Source: Candidatus Daviesbacteria bacterium (GTDB taxonomy: Bacteria; Patescibacteriota; Microgenomatia; Daviesbacterales; UBA10151). From it: 64,000 nucleotides of DNA. The DNA is taken from assembly GCA_016195715.1 (NCBI GenBank), contig JACPZA010000010.1, positions 14,307 to 78,306 on the forward strand, in the 5' to 3' direction. This document shows, piece after piece, positions 56,772 through 64,000 of this stretch (position 1 is its first letter; every line of letters begins with the position of its first letter). The notes under the pieces are model-generated. The model was given only the letters and a program-made list of their open reading frames with translations. It ran no database searches and was not told the origin of the DNA. Made by a program: the position numbers and the translations under genes.

Positions 56772-58643
56772 ATGCTAAAAAAAGCGCTGATTATAGCTTG
56801 TTTTTTGGGATTTTTACTTTTTACTCCTCAATTAGTTTTAGCTCAAGATCAATTTCAAACTAGCTACGCTGTAACTTATGATATTTCAGAGTCTGGGGAG
56901 ACTTTGGTTTCAGAAAATATTAGCTTAAAAAATCTTACTGACCGTTTTTATGCCTCAAATTTTAATTTAACAACTAGCTCGACAAAATTAGTAGATGTTG
57001 TAGCTTCAGATAATCAAGGACCCCTGGAAGTAAACTTAGCTAAGCAAGCAAATAAGACTGAAATTAAAGTTAAATTTGCCGGCCAAGTAGTAGGTTTAGG
57101 TAAAGATTATCAATGGAATTTAAAGTATAAGTCTTTAGATTTTGCCCAAAAGCAAGGTCAAGTTTGGCAAATTTTTATCCCCAAAATTTCCTCAACTACT
57201 CCATCAGATGATTATAAAGTGACTTTGCAGGTTCCAGTTAGTTTTGGTGATCCAAGCTCAATTAACCCCAAGCCCAAATCTGAATCAGAAATAGCTGGAA
57301 AATTAGTTTTAACTTTTGATAAAAAACAATTAATTGATAATGGGATTTTAGCTAATTTTGGAAACTTTCAATACTATAAATTTAACTTGAAATTTAATTT
57401 AACTAACAATAACTTTTTGCCAAGTTTAGAAAAAATTCCATTACCACCGCAAACAGAGTATCAAGACATAATTATAAGTAAAATTGATCCTAAGCCAGAA
57501 AATGTCACAATTGATCAAGATGGAAATTTTTTAGCTTGGTATAAAATTGAACCCAGAAAGTCGATCCAAGTTTCGATTGAGGGTTTAAGTAAACTTAGTT
57601 TTACCCCCAAAGACCCCAAGCCAATTCTTTCCAAAGAGCAAAGCAAAGATCTGATTTCTGCAAAAACTTTTTGGGAAAAAGATAATCCAGCAATCTCCCA
57701 AAAATTAGCGGAAATCTTTAAAAATGGTGAGCCAAGTTCTGTTTTGGAAAAAGCCAGGTTAATTAATCAATTTGTAGTTAATAATTTAAAATACAGTGAT
57801 TTGAAAATTTTACACAATGATTTTCAAAGACTAGGTGGACTAACAGCTTTAAATAACCCGGATAATGCTTTGTGTCTTGAATTTAGTGATCTATTTATCA
57901 GTTTAGCTAGAGCCGCAAATATTCCCACCCAAGAATTAATTGGTTATGCTTATACAGAAAACTCTGATTTGCGTCCTTTGTCTTTTCAGAAAAATTTATT
58001 ACATGTTTGGCCAGAATATTTTGATCCAGATAAAGGTTGGGTAATGATTGATCCAACCTGGCAACAAACCAGCGGTGGTGTGGATTATTTTGATAATATG
58101 GACTTAAATCACTTGGTTTTAGCAATTCGTGGATCTTCATCTACTTTTCCTTCGCCACCAAATGAAGCGCAGATAGAATTTAACTCAAATGATTTTAATC
58201 CTTCGTCTGATATTAAATTGGAATTGGTTGCCCCGGCTGAAATTTTTGCTGGATTCTCTAATAAAATTAAAGTTAGAGTCCAAAATCAAGGTAACTTTTT
58301 GGCCTCAGCTAACACTTTAAAAGTTAGCGCTTCGGAGTTGAATTTTAATAAAGAGACAAATTTTACAACTCCAAATATCCCTCCTTTTGGTTTTGTTGAG
58401 TATGAGCTAAATTTAAAACCAACCCTACCTTGGCAATCATTTGAGGATGTTTTAGAAGCTAAGTTTGAAGATAAAATAGTTAATCAAAAAATTGTCGTTA
58501 AACCTTTTTTTGCTGCAAAAATTTTTCCATTTGCTAGTGCAGCAGTAGTAGGGGCTATGATTTGTTTTTATATTTTAGTATTATTCCTGCATCGAAAGCA
58601 TTCTTCTAAGCTAATATATAAAGTTCCTCATAAGAAAGCTTAA
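56772..58643 (+). CDS. secreted transglutaminase-like cysteine protease domain protein
   Basis: It has a signal peptide. The core has Cys (NALCLEFSDLF), His (LLHVWPEY) and Asp (MIDPTW) residues. A C-terminal TM helix follows. Confidence 0.65.
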   Translation: MLKKALIIACFLGFLLFTPQLVLAQDQFQTSYAVTYDISESGETLVSENISLKNLTDRFYASNFNLTTSSTKLVDVVASDNQGPLEVNLAKQANKTEIKVKFAGQVVGLGKDYQWNLKYKSLDFAQKQGQVWQIFIPKISSTTPSDDYKVTLQVPVSFGDPSSINPKPKSESEIAGKLVLTFDKKQLIDNGILANFGNFQYYKFNLKFNLTNNNFLPSLEKIPLPPQTEYQDIIISKIDPKPENVTIDQDGNFLAWYKIEPRKSIQVSIEGLSKLSFTPKDPKPILSKEQSKDLISAKTFWEKDNPAISQKLAEIFKNGEPSSVLEKARLINQFVVNNLKYSDLKILHNDFQRLGGLTALNNPDNALCLEFSDLFISLARAANIPTQELIGYAYTENSDLRPLSFQKNLLHVWPEYFDPDKGWVMIDPTWQQTSGGVDYFDNMDLNHLVLAIRGSSSTFPSPPNEAQIEFNSNDFNPSSDIKLELVAPAEIFAGFSNKIKVRVQNQGNFLASANTLKVSASELNFNKETNFTTPNIPPFGFVEYELNLKPTLPWQSFEDVLEAKFEDKIVNQKIVVKPFFAAKIFPFASAAVVGAMICFYILVLFLHRKHSSKLIYKVPHKKA

Positions 58644-58670
58644 AGCTAAGTATATTAAGGAGTTAAAGTT

Positions 58671-59963
58671 ATGATTCCAAATTTTATTGATAAAGATCAA
58701 ATACCGCATAAACCTGGAGTTTATATTTTCAAGGATTTTAACAAAAGGGTGATTTATGTTGGCAAAGCGATAGATTTATACAGTCGAGTAAGTTCATACT
58801 TTTTTAGCTCACCTAGCAATTTAAAAACTCAGGTTTTAGTCAGCAAGATTAAAAGTCTTGAGACTGTTTTAGTTGAATCAGAGCTAGAAGCCTTAATTTT
58901 AGAAGCTAATTTAATAAAAAAATATTTACCAGAATATAATATCCGCTTAACTGATGATAAAGATTATTTATATATAAAAATTACTAAAGAAAGTTACCCC
59001 AGAATTATTACTGCAAGAAAGCAAGATTTAAAGAATTCTTTAAAATACTTTGGTCCTTTTCCCTCTTCAAAAACAGTTAAAAATTCCCTGAGAGATTTAA
59101 GAAAAGTTTTCCCCTGGTGTTCAAATCCGCCTGGGCCAAGAAATAAAAAAAATAAAGCCTGTTTTTACTTTCACTTAAATTTGTGTAAAGGGGCATGCGT
59201 TGGAAAAATTACTCAAACAGAATACCGACAAACTATCAAACTATTTATTAAATTTATGGAGGGTAAAAAGGCTGAGTTAATTAATGAATTAGCTGAAAAG
59301 ATGCTACAAGAAGCTAATAATTTAGATTTTGAAAAAGCTGAAGCCTTTAAGAAAATATTATCGGGTATTCAATATATAACCCAGCCCAATAAACTTAGCG
59401 CTTATCTAGAAAATCCTAACTTTTTAAGCCAGCAAAACCTTCAAGCTCTAACTTTTTTACAAAAAGACTTAAAGCTAAATGCCCTTCCTGAAAGAATTGA
59501 AGGATATGACATCTCAAATATTCAAGGAGTTGATGCGACTGGATCAATGGTGGTTTTAACTCATGGAGAGGTAGATAAATCGGAGTATCGTAAATTTAAA
59601 ATTAAAATCTCAGGTAAACCTAATGATGTGGGAATGCATCAAGAGATGATGCAAAGAAGGTTAAAGCATTCTGAGTGGAAACTGCCTGATTTAATTATTA
59701 TTGATGGGGGAAGGGGACAAGTCAAAGCAGCCTATGAGCAGTTGCAAAAAAGAAACCTCAATATCCCTATCTTTGGACTGGCTAAAAGGTTGGAGTGGCT
59801 TTATCCCCCAGATGGTGAAATAATTAAATTACCTAAGCGTAGTTTAGCTTTAAGGCTGTTGCAAAAAATTCGGGATGAAGCCCATAGATTTGCTATTAAC
59901 TATCATCGCAAGCTTCATTTGAAGAGCTTTGGAATTGATCGAAAGGTTAGTAGTAGGTTATAA
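58671..59963 (+). CDS. uvrC: excinuclease ABC subunit C (short form lacking HhH)
   Basis: It has a GIY-YIG N-terminus (GVYIFKD...IYVGKA), a UVR domain (DFEKAEAFKKIL) and a C-terminal RNaseH-like endonuclease domain over 430 aa. Confidence 0.85.
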   Translation: MIPNFIDKDQIPHKPGVYIFKDFNKRVIYVGKAIDLYSRVSSYFFSSPSNLKTQVLVSKIKSLETVLVESELEALILEANLIKKYLPEYNIRLTDDKDYLYIKITKESYPRIITARKQDLKNSLKYFGPFPSSKTVKNSLRDLRKVFPWCSNPPGPRNKKNKACFYFHLNLCKGACVGKITQTEYRQTIKLFIKFMEGKKAELINELAEKMLQEANNLDFEKAEAFKKILSGIQYITQPNKLSAYLENPNFLSQQNLQALTFLQKDLKLNALPERIEGYDISNIQGVDATGSMVVLTHGEVDKSEYRKFKIKISGKPNDVGMHQEMMQRRLKHSEWKLPDLIIIDGGRGQVKAAYEQLQKRNLNIPIFGLAKRLEWLYPPDGEIIKLPKRSLALRLLQKIRDEAHRFAINYHRKLHLKSFGIDRKVSSRL

Positions 59964-59971
59964 TTTCTTCA

Positions 59972-60376
59972 TTGATGAAATCTATTCTGCGAAACTTCCT
60001 CATTAATTTAGCTAGCTTAACACTTACTGCCAGATTGATTCCAGGTTTAGTATTTGATGGAGGATTTAAAACTTTAGCCTACAGCGCAGTTATTTTTATG
60101 TTTATTAATATTTTAATCGTACCCATATTAAAAATTATGTTTTTACCACTTAATATTTTAACTTTAGGAATTTTTTCTTGGGCAATTAATGTTTTAGCTT
60201 TATATATTTTAACCTCAGTTGTGCCTCAGTTAAAATTAGTGCCATACACCTTTCCTGGAGCTACGATTCAAGGAGTAATTATTCCCCAAATTGAATTGAA
60301 TGTTTTATATGTAGCAATTGTTGCTTCGTTCATGATAGGATTTACATCACACTTGTTACATTGGTTAGCCAAATAG
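59972..60376 (+). CDS. DUF360 / phage-holin-4-like membrane protein
   Basis: It has 4 TM helices and a GIFSWAINVLALYILT motif. Confidence 0.55.
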   Translation: MMKSILRNFLINLASLTLTARLIPGLVFDGGFKTLAYSAVIFMFINILIVPILKIMFLPLNILTLGIFSWAINVLALYILTSVVPQLKLVPYTFPGATIQGVIIPQIELNVLYVAIVASFMIGFTSHLLHWLAK

Positions 60377-60401
60377 GGTTTTAAAAAAAATAAATAACTT
60401 T

Positions 60402-60626
60402 ATGCATAATCAACTTATTTTTTTAGTTCAAATAATTTTAGGAATAATTTTAGTTATTTTAGTTTTACTTCAATCTAAAGGGGCTGGAATTGGTTCAACT
60501 TTTGGAGGAGATATGGGATTTTATGGTACAAAACGGGGAGCTGAAAAATTATTATTTTATTTAACAATTATTATTGCCGGCGCTTTTTTAACTATGTCTT
60601 TAATAGGCATAGTTTTTAATCACTAA
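60402..60626 (+). CDS. secG: preprotein translocase subunit SecG
   Basis: It has the LLQSKGAGIGSTFGG motif and two TM helices over 74 aa. Confidence 0.8.
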   Translation: MHNQLIFLVQIILGIILVILVLLQSKGAGIGSTFGGDMGFYGTKRGAEKLLFYLTIIIAGAFLTMSLIGIVFNH

Positions 60627-60636
60627 GCAGATTTTT

Positions 60637-62064
60637 ATGGTAAATTTCCAGAAGTTGTTTTTGAGACTTCAATTTCAGTTTATCCTTTTAAAAAAATATC
60701 TGCAAAAATATTACATTTTCGTTTTGGGGGCAGTTGCAGTGGTTTTGGTTGGGATAATTATTTTCCAGCAACTATCAATTTCATCTTTGAATTTTTTAAA
60801 ACCTTCAGTATCTGAAGGTATTGTTGGAACTTACACCGGCGATAATTTACCAGTCGTTGTAACCAGCCTATTATCAGATGGACTGGTCAAATTAGATCAA
60901 AAAGGGTTGCCCCAACCTAATTTAGTTCAAGGTTGGGAAGTTAATAAAGAAGCAACCAGTTATACTTTTAAACTTAAAGATAATCTTCACTGGATCGATG
61001 GAACTCCTTTAAAAGCCTCGGATTTAACCATTTCTATTCAAGATGCAGAAATACAAACTCCAGATGACAAAACTCTAACTTTTAAGTTAGCGGATTCGTT
61101 TAGCCCACTGCCAACTTTACTCACCAAACCACTTCTAAAGAAAAATACTTTGATTGGTTTTGGTCCTTATAAAGTTGACTCTATAGAAAAAAGTGGGGTG
61201 TTTATTAAAAAAATAGTATTAGTTTCTCTAGATAATAATCTTCCCAATGTAGTTTTTCGGTTTTACCCTTCTGAAAAGATTGCTAAAAGCGGCTTAAGAA
61301 TAGGTGAGGTTCAAAGCTTGCTTGGATTAAATTCTCCTGAGGATTTTATTTTGGAAAAGCCATTTTCACTTATATCAAAAACCAATTTTTCCAAGTTGGT
61401 AGCAATTTTTTATGACACTAAGGATCCAATTTTATCTGATCGTAACTTAAGACTGGCTTTAAGTTTTGCATCACCTTCAATAAAAACTGAAACTGAAGCT
61501 AAAACTTCAATTCCTCCAACTTCTTGGGCTTTTAATTCAGATGTTAGAGATTATTTAGATAATCCAGATCAAGCTAAACAATATTTAGCTAAAGTTAAAA
61601 AAGGGAAAAATGATCCAATTACACTAACTGTGACAAACTCTTTAAAAGAGGTTGGTGAGAAAGTTGTAGCCGAGTGGAATAAACAAGGATTTAATATTAA
61701 ATTACGGGTCGAAAGTGGTATCCCGCAAAATTTTCAGGCACTACTCATTTCTCAAAATATTCCTCTTGATCCAGATCAATATTCTCTTTGGCATTCTACT
61801 CAAGTAAAGACTAATATTTCTCAATACTCTTCCCCTGCTCAATATTCACCTAGAGTGGATAAAGACTTAGAAGATGGTAGAAAAAGCACGGATTTAGAGG
61901 TTAGAAAGCAAAAGTATCAGGATATGCAAAAAGTTTTATTAGATGATGCACCAGCAACTTATTTATTTTTCCCAAAGTTTAATGTAGTTTACTTAAAAAA
62001 AATTGAGTCAAATTTAAAAAAAGTTTTAGATCTACAACTGCCTGATTTACAACTTATTAATTAA
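60637..62064 (+). CDS. membrane-anchored solute-binding protein family 5 (Opp/Dpp-like) homolog
   Basis: It has an N-terminal TM anchor, and GWEVNKEATSYTFKLKDNLHWIDGTPLKASDL matches the SBP_bac_5 N-lobe pattern. Confidence 0.5.
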   Translation: MVNFQKLFLRLQFQFILLKKYLQKYYIFVLGAVAVVLVGIIIFQQLSISSLNFLKPSVSEGIVGTYTGDNLPVVVTSLLSDGLVKLDQKGLPQPNLVQGWEVNKEATSYTFKLKDNLHWIDGTPLKASDLTISIQDAEIQTPDDKTLTFKLADSFSPLPTLLTKPLLKKNTLIGFGPYKVDSIEKSGVFIKKIVLVSLDNNLPNVVFRFYPSEKIAKSGLRIGEVQSLLGLNSPEDFILEKPFSLISKTNFSKLVAIFYDTKDPILSDRNLRLALSFASPSIKTETEAKTSIPPTSWAFNSDVRDYLDNPDQAKQYLAKVKKGKNDPITLTVTNSLKEVGEKVVAEWNKQGFNIKLRVESGIPQNFQALLISQNIPLDPDQYSLWHSTQVKTNISQYSSPAQYSPRVDKDLEDGRKSTDLEVRKQKYQDMQKVLLDDAPATYLFFPKFNVVYLKKIESNLKKVLDLQLPDLQLIN

Positions 62065-63245
62065 TTTATAAATTTTAGACCTAAGATAGAAACAAGTAAT
62101 TTAAGGGTTAATTTTAACTGCTCATCCTGTCCCTGATCAATTTTATCCAGAAGCTCTTTTATAACATTCAAAGCCTCTGGGATATCCAAATCATCTTCAA
62201 TTGCCATATTAAATTTGGTGTTAAAATAATTAATCTTTTCAGTTGACCCTCTTGGTCCTAGTTTAGAAATTGCTTTTTGAATTCTGCCTACAAATTTTGT
62301 AGCTTGTTCTAGTTCCTTTATATCAAATTCCCAGGGCATTCTATAGTGGTGAGATAATAAGTTTAAACGAATAGCATTTGGGTCATATTTTTTTAATAAA
62401 TCAGAAACCATAACCAGATTACCCAAGGATTTAGACATTTTTTCTCCCTGATACATCAACATGCTGGCGTGCATCCAGTATTTTACCAGTGGAGATTTTT
62501 TAGTAAAACTTTCTGATTGGGCAATTTCGGATTCATGGTGGGGAAAAATTAGATCCCTTCCACCGCCGTGAATATCAATTTGATCACCTAGATATTGATT
62601 AATCATAGCTGAACACTCAATATGCCAACCTGGCCTGCCTTTCCCCCAAGGTGAATCCCAACTTGGCTCGTCTATTTTGGAATTTTGCCATAAAATAAAA
62701 TCTAGCTGATTTCTTTTATTTGGATCTTTAATATTTGCTCCTCTTTCACCAGCAATTAAAAGCATTTGGTTTCTGTTAAAGTGAGAAAGTTTACCATAGT
62801 TTGGAAATTTACTAACTTCATAATAGACATTGCCACCTTTGATATAAGCCAAGTCTTCTTTAACTAATTTTTTTATGATCTCAACTATTTTTGTGATTGA
62901 ATCAGTAGCTTTAACAAAGTGAGTTGGACGTAAAACATTTAACTTATCTAAATCTTCTAAAAATTGTTTTGTCCAAAAATCTCCCAAACTTTGCCAATCT
63001 GTTTTAAGTTCTTTAGCTTTTTCTAAAATTGAGTCATCAATATCAGTCACATTTTGAGTATAGTTAACTTTAAAAGCCCTAAAATTTAAATATCTGAATA
63101 AAACATCAAAATGGATATATAAAAACGCATGACCTAAATGAGTAGTGTCATAAGGTGTAATCCCACAAACATACATTAGTACTTGTTTTCTTTTAAGAGG
63201 TTCAAAGTATTCTTTAGTTTGAGTAAGGGAGTTAAAAAGCTTCAT
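62061..63245 (-). CDS. cysS: cysteinyl-tRNA synthetase (short form)
   Basis: It has the class I motifs HLGH and KMSKSLGN, and a CysRS-like N-terminus (MYVCGITPYD). Confidence 0.9.
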   Translation of the reverse strand: MKLFNSLTQTKEYFEPLKRKQVLMYVCGITPYDTTHLGHAFLYIHFDVLFRYLNFRAFKVNYTQNVTDIDDSILEKAKELKTDWQSLGDFWTKQFLEDLDKLNVLRPTHFVKATDSITKIVEIIKKLVKEDLAYIKGGNVYYEVSKFPNYGKLSHFNRNQMLLIAGERGANIKDPNKRNQLDFILWQNSKIDEPSWDSPWGKGRPGWHIECSAMINQYLGDQIDIHGGGRDLIFPHHESEIAQSESFTKKSPLVKYWMHASMLMYQGEKMSKSLGNLVMVSDLLKKYDPNAIRLNLLSHHYRMPWEFDIKELEQATKFVGRIQKAISKLGPRGSTEKINYFNTKFNMAIEDDLDIPEALNVIKELLDKIDQGQDEQLKLTLKLLVSILGLKFIN

Positions 63246-63291
63246 GAATTTCTAATTTTACTATAAATTTGAAAAAAGTATAATAACAAAT

Positions 63292-63996
63292 ATGAAGATA
63301 CTTTTAATATTTGCTCATCCAGATGATGAAGCATTTTCTTCAGCTGGGACTTTAATTAAATTAATAAAAAAAGGTCACCAAGCAAAATTAGTAACTGCAA
63401 CCAGAGGTGAAGCTGGACAAGTTGGTAACCCTCCAGTTACCACTCAAAAGAATTTGGGAAAAATAAGAGAGAGGGAACTAAAAAATGCTGCTAAAGTTAC
63501 GGGTATATCTGAGATATATTTCCTTGATCTGATTGATGGGACCTTACACAACTTAAAAGTTTCGGACTTAGTTAAGATGATTCTACCTATTATAGAAAAA
63601 GAGGAACCTGATATCTTGATTACTTTTGATAAAAAAGGAGTCTCAAACCACAAAGATCATATTGCTATAAGTAAAGCTAGCACTTTAGCTTTTGAAGAAT
63701 ATGCCAAGAAAACTAAAAAACACCTTAGGCTATATCACGCAACCATTCCTAGAAGTCATATAAAAGCTTATAGAAAACAAAACTTGTCTCATGAGCCATT
63801 TGGAAAGATGTTTGGTACTGCTGATAAAGATATAACCACAATCTCAGATATTTCAGAAACGTTAGAGCAAAAAATAAAAGCATTAAAACAACATAAGTCT
63901 CAACATCAAGATTGGGAGCGCTGGTTAAAAAGAGCTCAAGTTGTTGATTTAACCAAAGAATATTTTGTACTCATTAAAGAAAAGAATTTCTTCTAA
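63292..63996 (+). CDS. PIG-L/LmbE family deacetylase
   Basis: It has the ILLIFAHPDDEAFSSAGTL motif over 234 aa. Confidence 0.8.
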   Translation: MKILLIFAHPDDEAFSSAGTLIKLIKKGHQAKLVTATRGEAGQVGNPPVTTQKNLGKIRERELKNAAKVTGISEIYFLDLIDGTLHNLKVSDLVKMILPIIEKEEPDILITFDKKGVSNHKDHIAISKASTLAFEEYAKKTKKHLRLYHATIPRSHIKAYRKQNLSHEPFGKMFGTADKDITTISDISETLEQKIKALKQHKSQHQDWERWLKRAQVVDLTKEYFVLIKEKNFF

Positions 63997-64000
63997 AATG

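Noticed and set aside
1-64000. Possibility of an alternative genetic code (UGA recoding, as in some CPR lineages)
   Set aside because: TGA is used as a stop at multiple well-defined gene ends (for example gatA/ORF overlap, the glmU halves, the displaced ABC end), and long ORFs are intact under the standard code.
1-64000. CRISPR arrays / cas genes
   Set aside because: No regularly spaced direct repeats and no Cas-like ORFs were seen. The repeats found are gene-end duplications and transposon-end units.

Overview
This is an AT-rich bacterial chromosomal segment read with the standard genetic code; TGA behaves as an ordinary stop. Compact, overlapping genes, gene fusions and splits, and many membrane-anchored secreted proteins suggest a reduced-genome lineage such as Patescibacteria/CPR, but that is only a guess. 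The backbone is housekeeping: lemA (5' partial) and htpX, a gatCAB operon, dnaE, rplS, rnhB, yraN, a NUDIX hydrolase, msrA, typA, an RRM RNA-binding protein, tRNA-Glu and tRNA-Lys, rsmI, dedA, a two-ORF split GlmU-like pair, secG, cysS, and the nucleotide-excision-repair set lexA, uvrB, uvrA and uvrC. There is also a long de novo purine-biosynthesis cluster: purH, purN, purD, a purS-purL fusion, purQ, two tandem archaeal-type purP paralogs, a HAD hydrolase, purB, purE, purC and convergent purM. Set into this backbone are several visibly more G+C-rich insertions that the housekeeping genes do not explain. (1) Two coupled small ORFs sit inside gatCAB. (2) A FabF-type ketosynthase plus an HD-like gene sits directly upstream of purM. 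(3) A Rad52-like single-strand annealing protein, a promoter-leader-terminator element and an unknown G+C-rich ORF lie next to lexA. (4) An AbiEii-like nucleotidyltransferase cassette is inserted at the 3' end of an ABC ATPase gene, with a roughly 30-bp duplication of that gene's end and an adjacent G+C-rich XRE-HTH gene. (5) A REP-associated tyrosine-transposase (IS200-like) unit with hairpin-bearing flanking repeats and a frameshifted G+C-rich ORF lies between uvrA and uvrC. In addition, a 25-nt exact in-frame repeat is shared by rplS and purL. No CRISPR array or rRNA was seen.
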